Assembly (NCBI RefSeq): GCF_009914755.1
Contig: NC_060925.1
Length of the DNA: 64,000 nucleotides
From: the human T2T-CHM13v2.0 reference genome, Homo sapiens
Direction: 5' to 3' (one strand)
Shown here: positions 1 through 15,789 of the stretch, in pieces
Numbering within the stretch: position 1 is the stretch's first letter
Layout of the letters: each line of letters begins with the position of its first letter
The notes under the pieces: generated by a model
Told to the model about the DNA's origin: nothing
Seen by the model: the letters and a program-made list of their open reading frames with translations, nothing else
Databases searched by the model: none
Position numbers and translations under genes: made by a program

Positions 1-1420
<1,420 letters not shown>

Positions 1421-1483
1421 TATGATGTTAGCTTGTTATTTTGCTCGTTAGTTGATGCAGTTTCTTCATAGTCTCGATGGTCT

Positions 1484-2500
1484 TTACATTTTGGCATGAT
1501 TTTGCAGCAACTGGTACCGGTTGTTCCTTTCCATGTTTAGCGCTTCCTTCAGGAGCTCTTTTAGGGCAGGCCTGGTGGTGACAAAGTCTCTCAACATTTG
1601 CTTGTCTGTAAAGTATTTTATTTCTCCTTCACTTATGAAGCTTAGTTTGGCTGGATATGAGATTCTGGGTTGAAAATTCTCTTCTTTAAGAATGTTGAAT
1701 ATTGGCACCCACTCTCTTCTGGCTTGTAGAGTTTCTGCCGAGAGATCCGCTGTTAGTCTGATGGGCTTCCCTTTGAGGGTAACCTGACCTTTCTCTCTGG
1801 CTGCCCTTAACATTTTTTCCTTCATTTCAACTTTGGTGAATCTGACAATTATGTGTCTTGGAGTTGCTCTTCTCGAGGAGTATCTTTGTGGCGTTCTCTG
1901 TATTTCCTGAATCTGAATGTTGGCCTGCCTTGCTAGATTGGGGAAGTTCTCCTGGATAATATCCTGCAGAGTGTTTTCCAACTTGGTTCCATTCTCCCCA
2001 TCACTTTCAGGTACACCAATCAGACGTAGATTTGGTCTTTTCACATAGTCCCATATTTCTTGGAGGCTTTGCTCGTTTCTTTTTATTCTTTTTTCTCTAA
2101 ACTTCCCTTCTCGCTTCATTTCATTCATTTCATCTTCCATTGCTGATACCCTTTCTTCCAGTTGATCGCATCGGCTCCTGAGGCTTCTGCATTCTTCACG
2201 TAGTTCTCGAGCCTTGGTTTTCAGCTCCATCAGCTCCTTTAAGCACTTCTCTGTATTGGTTATTCTAGTTATACATTCTTCTAAATTTTTTTCAAAGTTT
2301 TCAACTTCTTTGCCTTTGGTTTGAATGTCCTCCCGTAGCTCAGAGTAATTTGATCGTCTGAAGCCTTCTTCTCTCAGCTCGTCAAAGTCATTCTCCGTCC
2401 AGCTTTGTTCCGTTGCTGGTGAGGAACTGCGTTCCTTTGGAGGAGGAGAGGCGCTCTGCTTTTTAGAGTTTCCAGTTTTTCTGCTCTGTTTTTTCCCCAT
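1484..2500 (-). CDS. L1 ORF1p (RNA-binding chaperone), uninterrupted 338 aa
   Basis: Full-length translation MGKKQSRK...QNHAKM with REKG, ARR and YPAKLS motifs retained. Confidence 0.95.
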   Translation of the reverse strand: MGKKQSRKTGNSKKQSASPPPKERSSSPATEQSWTENDFDELREEGFRRSNYSELREDIQTKGKEVENFEKNLEECITRITNTEKCLKELMELKTKARELREECRSLRSRCDQLEERVSAMEDEMNEMKREGKFREKRIKRNEQSLQEIWDYVKRPNLRLIGVPESDGENGTKLENTLQDIIQENFPNLARQANIQIQEIQRTPQRYSSRRATPRHIIVRFTKVEMKEKMLRAAREKGQVTLKGKPIRLTADLSAETLQARREWVPIFNILKEENFQPRISYPAKLSFISEGEIKYFTDKQMLRDFVTTRPALKELLKEALNMERNNRYQLLQNHAKM

Positions 2501-3406
2501 CTTTGTGGTTTTATCTACTTTTGGTCTTTGATGATGGTGATGTACAGATGGGTTTTTGGTGTGGATGTCCTTTCTGTTTGTTAGTTTTCCTTCTAACAGA
2601 CAGGACCCTCAGCTGCAGGTCTGTTGGAGTACCTGGCCCTATGAGGTGTCAGTGTTCCCCTGCTGGGGGGTGCCTCCCAGTTAGGCTGCTCAGGGGTCAG
2701 GGGTCAGGGACCCACTTGAGGAAGCAGTCTGCCCGTTCTCAGATCTCCAGCTGTGTGCTGGGAGAACCACTGCTCTCTTCAAAGCTGTCAGACAGGGACA
2801 TTTAAGTCTGCAGAGGTTACTGCTGTCTTTTTGTTTGTCTGTGCCCTGCCCCCAGAGGTGGAGCTTACAGAGGCAGGCAGGCCTCCTTGAGCTGTGGTGG
2901 GCTCCACCCAGTTCGAGCTTCCCAGCTGCTTTGTTTACCTAAGCAAGCCTGGGCAATGGCGGGCGCCCCTCCCCCAGCCTCACTGCCACCTTGCAGTTTG
3001 ATCTCAGACTGCTGTGCTAGCAATCAGCGAGACTCCGTGGGCGTAGGTCCCTCCAAGCCAGGTGCAGGATATAATCTCCTGGTGCGCCGTTTTTTAAGCC
3101 CGTGGGAAAAGCGCAGTATTCGGGTGGGAGTGACCTGATTTTCCAGGTGCCGTCTGTCACCCCTTTCTTTGACTAGGAAAGGGAACTCCCTGACCCCTTG
3201 CGCTTCCTGAGTGAGGCAATGCCTTGCCCTGCTTCGGCTCGCACACGGTGCGTGCACCCACTGACCTGCGCCCACTGTCTGGCACTCCCTAGTGAGATGA
3301 ACCCGGTACCTCAGATGGAAATGCAGAAATCACCCGTCTTCTGTGTCGCTCACGCTGGGAGCTGTAGACCGTACCTGTTCCTATTCGGCCATCTTGGCTT
3401 CTCCTC
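2501..3406. promoter_or_regulatory. L1 5'UTR: sense (minus-strand) promoter and antisense (plus-strand) promoter; intact YY1 site at 3386-3396
   Basis: CpG-rich segment containing CGGCCATCTTG, the reverse complement of the YY1 motif CAAGATGGCCG. Antisense splice-donor positions lie at 3061/3062, 3146/3147 and 3291/3292. Confidence 0.85.
2956..3138 (+). pseudogene. L1 ORF0 (antisense 5'UTR ORF), truncated at 60 aa
   Basis: MAGAPPPASLPPCSLISDCCASNQRDSVGVGP...IRVGVT followed by TGA where the consensus has CGA (Arg). Confidence 0.85.
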
Positions 3407-3645
3407 TTATCCCAGAAATTTCTTAAGTATTTTGTTGACCTGCATACTTCCTTGAATCAAAATGTTGAGGTTAATAGCTAACCTACTGCTTGCTGCTTCT
3501 TCTAGCACTATTATATTTTAGGAACCTAATGGCATCTAAGGATTTCACCGTGTAATAACAGTGGGAATTTATTTTTCTTGGTGTTTGGAAACTCTCAGGA
3601 ATTTTTTTTTCCTTTTTCTTATTTTTCTCTCCCTCTCAATTATAG

Positions 3646-3771
3646 GTTGAAGCTCCATTCATACCAAAGTTTAGAGGCTCTGGAGATACCAGCAACTTTG
3701 ATGACTATGAAGAAGAAGATATCCGTGTCTCTATAACAGAAAAATGTGCAAAAGAATTTGGTGAATTTTAA
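3646..3771 (+). CDS. PRKACB: Terminal coding exon of cAMP-dependent protein kinase catalytic subunit beta (C-tail)
   Basis: Polypyrimidine tract 3602-3638 and TAG acceptor, then [41 protein letters not shown]-stop. This matches the human PKA C-beta C-terminus (FDDY, RVS turn motif, FxxF). Confidence 0.97.
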   Translation, partial: VEAPFIPKFRGSGDTSNFDDYEEEDIRVSITEKCAKEFGEF

Positions 3772-6700
3772 AGAGGAACAAGATGACATCTGAGCTCACA
3801 CTCAGTGTTTGCACTCTGTTGAGAGATAAGGTAGAGCTGAGACCGTCCTTGTTGAAGCAGTTACCTAGTTCCTTCATTCCAACGACTGAGTGAGGTCTTT
3901 ATTGCCATCATCCCGTGTGCGCACTCTGCATCCACCTATGTAACAAGGCACCGCTAAGCAAGCATTGTCTGTGCCATAACACAGTACTAGACCACTTTCT
4001 TACTTCTCTTTGGGTTGTCTTTCTCCTCTCCTATATCCATTTCTTCCTTTTCCAATTTCATTGGTTTTCTCTAAACAGTGCTCCATTTTATTTTGTTGGT
4101 GTTTCAGATGGGCAGTGTTATGGCTACGTGATATTTGAAGGGAAGGATAAGTGTTGCTTTCAGTAGTTATTGCCAATATTGTTGTTGGTCAATGGCTTGA
4201 AGATAAACTTTCTAATAATTATTATTTCTTTGAGTAGCTCAGACTTGGTTTTGCCAAAACTCTTGGTAATTTTTGAAGATAGACTGTCTTATCACCAAGG
4301 AAATTTATACAAATTAAGACTAACTTTCTTGGAATTCACTATTCTGGCAATAAATTTTGGTAGACTAATACAGTACAGCTAGACCCAGAAATTTGGAAGG
4401 CTGTAGATCAGAGGTTCTAGTTCCCTTTCCCTCCTTTTATATCCTCCTCTCCTTGAGTAATGAAGTGACCAGCCTGTGTAGTGTGACAAACGTGTCTCAT
4501 TCAGCAGGAAAAACTAATGATATGGATCATCACCCAGATTCTCTCACTTGGTACCAGCATTTCTGTAGGTATTAGAGAAGAGTTCTAAGTTTTCTAAACC
4601 TTAACTGTTCCTTAAGGATTTTAGCCAGTATTTTAATAGAACATGATTAATGAAAGTGACAAATTTTAAATTTTCTCTAATAGTCCTCATCATAAACTTT
4701 TTAAAGGAAAATAAGCAAACTAAAAAGAACATTGGTTTAGATAAATACTTATACTTTGCAAAGTCAAAAATGGCTTGATTTTTGGAAACAATATAGAGGT
4801 ATTCATATTTAAATGAGGGTTTACATTTGTTTTGTTTTGTAACCGTTAAAAAGAAGTTGTTTCCAGCTAATTATTGTGGTGTACTATATTTGTGAGCCTA
4901 GGGTAGGGGCACTGCTGCAACTTCTGCTTTCATCCCATGCCTCATCAATGAGGAAAGGGAACAAAGTGTATAAAACTGCCACAATTGTATTTTAATTTTG
5001 AGGTATGATATTTTCAGATATTTCATAATTTCTAACCTCTGTTCTCTCAGTAAACAGAATGTCTGATCGATCATGCAGATACAATGTTGGTATTTGAGAG
5101 GTTAGTTTTTTTCCTACACTTTTTTTTGCCAACTGACTTAACAACATTGCTGTCAGGTGGAAATTTCAAGCACTTTTGCACATTTAGTTCAGTGTTTGTT
5201 GAGAATCCATGGCTTAACCCACTTGTTTTGCTATTTTTTTCTTTGCTTTTAATTTTCCCCATCTGATTTTATCTCTGCGTTTCAGTGACCTACCTTAAAA
5301 CAACACACGAGAAGAGTTAAACTGGGTTCATTTTAATGATCAATTTACCTGCATATAAAATTTATTTTTAATCAAGCTGATCTTAATGTATATAATCATT
5401 CTATTTGCTTTATTATCGGTGCAGGTAGGTCATTAACACCACTTCTTTTCATCTGTACCACACCCTGGTGAAACCTTTGAAGACATAAAAAAAACCTGTC
5501 TGAGATGTTCTTTCTACCAATCTATATGTCTTTCGGTTATCAAGTGTTTCTGCATGGTAATGTCATGTAAATGCTGATATTGATTTCACTGGTCCATCTA
5601 TATTTAAAACGTGCAAGAAAAAAATAAAATACTCTGCTCTAGCAAGTTTTGTGTAACAAAGGCATATCGTCATGTTAATAAATTTAAAACATCATTCGTA
5701 TAAAATATTTTAATTTTCTTGTATTTCATTTAGACCCAAGAACATGCTGACCAATGTGTTCTATATGTAAACTACAAATTCTATGGTAGCTTTGTTGTAT
5801 ATTATTGTAAAATTATTTTAATAAGTCATGGGGATGACAATTTGATTATTACAATTTAGTTTTCAGTAATCAAAAAGATTTCTATGAATTCTAAAAAATA
5901 TTTTTTTCTATGAAATTACTAGTGCCCAGCTGTAGAATCTACCTTAGGTAGATGATCCCTAGACATACGTTGGTTTTGAGGGCTATTCAGCCATTCCATT
6001 TTACTCTCTATTTAAAGGCCGTGAGCAAGCTTGTCATGAGCAAATATGTCAAGGGAGTCAATTTCTGACCAATCAAGTACACTAAATTAGAATATTTTTA
6101 AAGTATGTAACATTCCCAGTTTCAGCCACAATTTAGCCAAGAATAAGATAAAAACTTGAATAAGAAGTAAGTAGCATAAATCAGTATTTAACCTAAAATT
6201 ACATATTTGAAACAGAAGATATTATGTTATGCTCAGTAAATAATTAAGAGATGGCATTGTGTAAGAAGGAGCCCTAGACTGAAAGTCAAGACATCTGAAT
6301 TTCAGGCTGGAAAACTATCAGTATGATCTCAGCCTCAGTTCTCTTGTCTGTAAAATGGAAGAACTGGATTAGGCAGTTTGTAAGATTCCTCCTAACTTTC
6401 ACAGTCGATGACAAGATTGTCTTTTTATCTGATATTTTGAAGGGTATATTGCTTTGAAGTAAGTCTCAATAAGGCAATATATTTTAGGGCATCTTTCTTC
6501 TTATCTCTGACAGTGTTCTTAAAATTATTTGAATATCATAAGAGCCTTGGTGTCTGTCCTAATTCCTTTCTCACTCACCGATGCTGAATACCCAGTTGAA
6601 TCAAACTGTCAACCTACCAAAAACGATATTGTGGCTTATGGGTATTGCTGTCTCATTCTTGGTATATTCTTGTGTTAACTGCCCATTGGCCTGAAAATAC

Positions 6701-6965
6701 TCATTGTAAGCCTGAAAAAAAAAATCTTTCCCACTGTTTTTTCTGCTTGTTGTAAGAATCAAATGAAATAATGTATGTGAAAGCACCTTGTAAACTGTAA
6801 CCTATCAATGTAAAATGTTAAGGTGTGTTGTTATTTCATTAATTACTTCTTTGTTTAGAATGGAATTTCCTATGCACTACTGTAGCTAGGAAATGCTGAA
6901 AACAACTGTGTTTTTTAATTAATCAATAACTGCAAAATTAAAGTACCTTCAATGGATAAGACAAT
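3772..6965 (+). other. PRKACB: PRKACB 3'UTR (~3.2 kb, AU-rich, largely repeat-free)
   Basis: Follows the stop codon. The 3' end is inferred from ATTAAA at 6937-6942. Confidence 0.8.
6937..6942 (+). terminator. Probable distal polyadenylation signal (ATTAAA)
   Basis: ATTAAA preceded by U-rich sequence and several TGTA motifs, with T/GT-rich sequence downstream. Confidence 0.65.
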
Positions 6966-7756
6966 TGATTGAGTCGTGAATTCTACTTGGTGCCCTCATC
7001 TCCTGATTTATTTTCCGCTGATACAAGAGATGCTTATAGATTCCTAGTTTTTATGTGTTTGGGTTGATTTCTGGGTGGTGGGAGCAGAGCACATTGGGGA
7101 GGAATATATCCGCCAGTCTACTCACACTGGATGTTTACTAAGAAACTGCTAGATTCATTTAATAGTTTCTCAAAAGTGTTTCTACTTCTTTCTCATTTCT
7201 CATATTGGTTCAGATTACTGCTAACATAATGTTCTAAATATTCATATTTAAAGGATTTGATTCTTCAAGAGCACTCATCCTTCTATTGTAACAATGAAAT
7301 ATTAATTTCTAATTTTTTCTTCAGGAGTGTTTTTGAGCTTCACATTACCTCTTTTCATTTTAGACAGGTTAATTAGTGTGTATTTCCATAGTTGTCTTTT
7401 ACCTCAAGAAATAATCATTTCTTTAGGTAATTATTTTAATGGCTTGCCATTTTGTATGATTGTTCTTGCAAACATTTCTATTTATGCATTTTATAACATG
7501 GAGCTTACTATTTTTATACCAGTGCTCGCTTCATTTTATCATTATCAGGGCTTAATATAAATGCAGTTTTCTCATTTCCTTGTAAAACTAATTACAAAAA
7601 TCTAGGTATGTCTTTACTGAAGAACTATCATCATTTGAAATCTATTTAGCTGTAAATTTTCTCTTGTGCACAAATACTGGATGTGAAGTTAAGTACTTTT
7701 CATTTAAGCTTTCCTGAAGATTTTCCATATGCTTATTTAATAGCCTTTATGCCTGT

Positions 7757-8131
7757 TGTTATGACCTGGATTGTGAACTGTGAACAAAATTCATACTGAA
7801 ATTCTAACCACTAGTACCTCAGCATGTGATTGTTTTAGGAGGTAAGGCCTTTGAAGAGGTAATTAAAGTAAAATGAGGTCATATGGGAAGACTTCATCCA
7901 AGATGACTGATGTCCTCATAAGAAGCACACAGACAAAGGGAGGACCACGTAAAGACATAGGAAGAAGATGACCATCTATAGGGCAAGGACAGAGGCCTCC
8001 AAAGAAGCTGACTTTGCCAACATCTTGACTTGGGACTTCTAGACTCAAGAATTGTGAAAAATAAATTTCAGTTGTTTAAGCTGCCCAGTCTGTGATACTT
8101 CATCATGGCAGCCATAACAAACTATAATACA
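7757..8131 (+). mobile_element. MaLR solo LTR (MLT1B-like)
   Basis: TGTTATG start, GAGGTAATTAAAGTAAAATGAGGTCAT core, ...TAATACA end. Confidence 0.8.
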
Positions 8132-8615
8132 CCCGCTGAGCTAAGTATTCTCATGGTGAAAGACTTGCATTGATTTCCCTTCATATGCTTTATACGTGGG
8201 CAAAACTGAATTTACCACAGGCAAAAAAAAAAATCAGTGTGGTCACAAACCTCAGTGCACCTGCTATCTTGTTTCTATTCTTCCTGGAATACAAGCAGGA
8301 AGTAGGAAACAGTAGCCACTGAGATACTGGGAGTAAGGGAAGGCATGAGTAACTCAAACCACTACTACTTCCAGGTCAGACTTACCCATGGAAGGATAGC
8401 CCTTCTCTCAAAGCAGTGCTAATATAACATAAAATTAAGCACACCAGATTCATTGAGTTTACAGTCTCTGCTCATCTTTTAGTGGTGATACTAACAATGA
8501 AATGGCCAAAAGGAAAGTGGGAGTGCAAATAAAGGGTTAATGAGAATACCCCAGCTGGTTCTTCCTCTCCTGATTATCAGAGGTTAGTAATGCTCACAGC
8601 AAATGATGACCTTAA

Positions 8616-9012
8616 TGTATTAGTTTTCTACTGCTGCTCTAACAAGTCTCCACAAACTTAGTAGCTTAAAACAACATAAATTTATTTTCTTACAGTTCAG
8701 GAGTTCTAACAACCAAAATAAGCCACACTGGGTTAAAATCAGGGTGTTGGCAAGCATGCATTTCTTTCTGTAGGCTCTAGGGAAGAAGCCATTTCCACAT
8801 CTCTTCCACCTTCTAGAGGCCACCTGCTTTCCTTGACTCATGATGCCATTCCTCCATCTTCAAAGCCAGAAACATTGGGCCAAGTCCTTCTCATGCCGCA
8901 TCACTCTCCGCATCACTCTCACTTTCTCTTCTGCCTCCCTGTTTCACTTTTAAAGACCCTTGTGATAATATTAGACCCACCTCAGTAATCCAAGTTAATC
9001 TCCCTATTTTAT
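8616..9012 (-). mobile_element. MaLR LTR (MLT1C/D-like), truncated by an L1
   Basis: TGTATTAGTTTTCTACTGCTGC...CACAAACTTAGTAGCTTAAAACAAC is the reverse-strand MLT1 terminus. Confidence 0.8.
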
Positions 9013-9015
9013 CTA

Positions 9016-10706
<1,691 letters not shown>

Positions 10707-10949
10707 TTGGTACTGGTTTTATAAACTTCTTAATAATAATATGACTGGTACTGATTTTTTTTTAATCTGAAGTATATTTGTTTGGCTCTCTATTCGTCAT
10801 GACCTCTGTAACAAAATTATTCTATTAATACATTTTCTCAGTTGAAATACCAAGAATGGTTTTTATTTTCCTGACTGGACAACCAATTGACATTTCCAGT
10901 GTTACCACTCCCTTCTACGTTGTACTGAATAATCCTAGCCATCACTCTA

Positions 10950-12200
10950 TGAAAAGAAACAACAATGGTAAAATGAAGACCATTCCAAATGAAAGAGAAT
11001 ATTTACTACCAATAGATTCTCATTAAGGAATTCCAAAATTGTGCTTTAGGAAAATGGTCCCACAAAGAAGAAACAGCCTCAGGGAAATCTGAAGGAAAGA
11101 AATAAAAAAAGAGAAACAAACCCCCCAAATAAACATCATTAGGAATAAGAATTTAGCTACAGAATAGCTTGTAAAACTTAGAAGAGAATTGTGGTCAGGT
11201 TAAAACTTTAAAAACACAAACCCATCCTTTCCTCCCTCCACTCTCCCTCCCCAAACACGCTGATACAATGATAGAGCATGTTTTAAAATATCTTTAATGA
11301 CATACATTGCACTCAGAACAAGATAAACGTCTCCAGACACCAGACGCAGAATGGAAATGGTGTTAAGTGGTGGCTGAAGCCACAGACACTAATATACAGA
11401 AAAGGCTTTTATTATAGTGAGATAATTTCAGCAAATGCAAAATAAAAAGATTAAAGAAAATTCAGAGATGGTAATGGATATTGAAAACAAAGATGATCCA
11501 CAGTTAGTATAAGAAGCTAATAAATACAATAGAAAAATTATTCAAATATATCATACAGAAAGTTCATCTCCAAAATGAAAGAAGAACTAAATTTACATGC
11601 TGAAAGAACACCTGTTTTTCAGGAAAAATTGACATACTGCTTTCAACACCAAACCATATTCTGGTGAAGGTTTTGCATTTTAACAATTAAAATATTATGC
11701 ATAAAAATCAACCCCCAAGACTGGGGGTGGGGGTGGGGAGGGAACCAGGCTGGCCTCAGAAGTCTCCACAATAATATTCCATGCCAAAAGATAATTACAT
11801 AATGGCTATAAAGTTCTAGGGAAAAGAAAGTATAAGCCAAGAATATTATACCCAGCCAAGTTGCATTTAATTTAAAGGCACAAAGCAGACACCTTTAAAT
11901 ATCAAAAAGAAAAATTATAGAAAACCAAATGAAGAATGTAGTAATATAGAAGCAGTGATGTAAAGCTTGTGGTAAACTCTGAATCTGTCTTAATGTAGTT
12001 CTAATTATAAGCACCTATGATGATTACAATCATAGAACTGAATGTAAATGTTTTAAACCTTGGCAAACTTAGAATAATATAACTAACAAAGTTGGAAGGT
12101 AGAGAAAGAAAGAAGTGAGAGAAGGTAGAAAACTTCTAACATCCATACATTTTATAGCAGGATGTCAATTAATGGAGTCTAAAATTGAAGTGGATTAAAT
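10950..12200 (+). mobile_element. Ancient L1M/HAL1 ORF1-like remnant
   Basis: A-rich strand, with CCAAGAATATTATACCCAGCCAAG (PRILYPAK-like) at ~11837. Confidence 0.55.
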
Positions 12201-12401
12201 AAGATAATAACTCTAACCTCTCAATTTTTTCTTTATGGTTTTGTAATTTTTTTGTGAGGAAGGAACATATATAAACAGTTTTCATTTTCCCTTCAACTTC
12301 TTTTCCTTGCGTTAAATTTATTTTCATTTCAGTTTTTTCTAGTGAATTAGATTTTGTAATATAGACAAAATTAAACTGAACACTTTATATTAAAAAGTAT
12401 A

Positions 12402-12714
<313 letters not shown>

Positions 12715-12726
12715 TCAGTGCTATCT

Positions 12727-13320
<594 letters not shown>

Positions 13321-13554
13321 AAAATTAGTGCTATCTAGTTAGGTACCTCTCTACCTCTCTACCCTTCTGTCTCAATATGTGCACCGAGAATAGTGTAATA
13401 ATGTTATCAATGGTATGAGATTTGAGGTTATTTCCTAATTCTTCCCTTATACCTTGTTGAGTTGTTTGCATTCTTTGTAATGATAAAGTAATTAATCAAA
13501 GATAAAAATAAACACGCCCAATAACAGAGCATTGATTTAATACATTTTTTTTAG

Positions 13555-13945
<391 letters not shown>

Positions 13946-14789
13946 TGATCCTTTAATTTCAAGATGGAAAATGTGATACTACATCATCAATATGCTTTTG
14001 TGCAAGCCACCAGATGTCACTAAAATGGCTTCTCTAGCATTATTATTGCCATGAAGAAATGTTTCCTCTCATTCTTCATATCTCAAACTCGTGAGAACCC
14101 TTTCTTTTAACAGCCAGACCACCGTCATGTGAGGGAAAAAAAAAAACCCTCTTATCTTCACTGCCAATTTCTTCACCACAATATGCTAAAAACACGTAAT
14201 CAACACAACCAACTTTTTATTAAAGTTTTTACTATTTTTTAAATAGTGAGTCAAAGTCAGGAAGCACATGGCTGAGTTGGACTGTTTTCTGTCAATAAAT
14301 CATGTGGTTAATTGGACATCCAAAAAAAAGCCTCTTTTATTCAAGTAGCAATGTCCTTCTTTGTCACTTACTTATCTGTTGATAACCTTATTCCTGTTTA
14401 TACCATGGTTCAGAAAATAATCACTAACCAAACAGAAGTTTTTTTCCATGTGATAAAAAGCTGCTGAGTGTTTTTCCTTCATATATCACCAACTCCTAAA
14501 ATCCAATTCAGAATCTACTCATCAGCCATCTTACCTAGCTTTAAGGTAAAAATACATTGCTCTAGATTATATGCCACTGATAAGCTTTTTCTAATTTTGC
14601 TTTCCCTCCATAGATATCACTTGTCAGTTATTTGGGACTGGTTTTACAGATTTCCTAATAATAGTGTGTCCAGTACTGATTTTTGCTAAGGAGTTAGACT
14701 TTGAATCGTGCTTTTGTACTTCTGGAATTGATAGTGATCAAACACACTCTCCCTAGCAAGTGGCGGACCACACAATGAAAAGTCGTTTT

Positions 14790-15230
14790 TGCAAAAACAG
14801 AACAGCAGCTGACTCTCATAACCAGGAAGGCTGAGGAGGGACTTCTGTCCAATAAGATCTAAAAGATCAGAAGATATAATCAGAACTCTGCCTTTCTCTC
14901 TCCACCTCTGGGCCATGCTTTCCTCAGAATTGACTTCATCCTCAATAAGCACTCTCCATGGGGCAGAAAATGAAACCACCAGCTACTCCAGACTCACACT
15001 TTCAAAAGAGTTTTGGTCCCAGTTAAAGGAGAAGGAAGTCTCCTGCACTATATCAAGCCCGAAAAGGGACTCTGATTGTCCAGCCTGGGTCAGAGCCTGC
15101 TTCTGTGGCTGGACAAAGAGAAATACATGATTGAAAGCCTCATCAGAATTATGTGCATTGGGAGAGGGGTAGTCCTCCAAAGAAAGATGTGCTGGTCAGA
15201 CAAGAAAATAGCCGATGTTCACTAAAATCT
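14790..15230 (-). mobile_element. Old MaLR LTR (MLT1K/L-like)
   Basis: GCTTTCCTC...TTGACTTCATCCTC and TCTGATTGTCCAGCCTGGGTCA motifs. Confidence 0.55.
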
Positions 15231-15789
15231 CTTCTTCACCTTTAAAAATAAAACCCAACAATTTTGTATAGAAAATAATTATTTTAAAATAAAATAATTA
15301 TTTCCTGTTGTTTTGGGAAAACTTTATGGGTTGATGAGGGTGATAGATGTAACATTTCACTGATACCATACCACTTGTTAAGAAATTATCCTAATAAACA
15401 ACATGATGGATGAGAAGCAAATAATTGCCCAATCCTACAAGATCTTGCTCTCAAATATTTATGACTTTTTCCTCCTCCTCCCACTTTTATTTTTCTACCA
15501 CTTGTGAGAAATCATGAAACTCAAAGATTTGTTTCTCCTAATACATAGATTCAAAATTAATATTCTCAATAGAATCAGCTTCACAATTTAGGATTTAAAA
15601 ATTATTATGAGTTAAAAGTATCAATTTCATTATATTCATCACCACTTTTATCTTTTAATAAAAATTTTGAAGACTTTTTAACAATAAGACATTTAACAAT
15701 AACGTAATTAATGTGAAATATTATTCAAAACAAACTATACTTTGTTAAGTGAATGTTATTTTAGGGAAAATGACTAAACACTTGTGGGA

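Noticed and set aside
7522-7532. GTGCTCGCTTC, identical to U6 nt 1-11
   Set aside because: Only 11 nt, with no extension and no TSD; compatible with chance.
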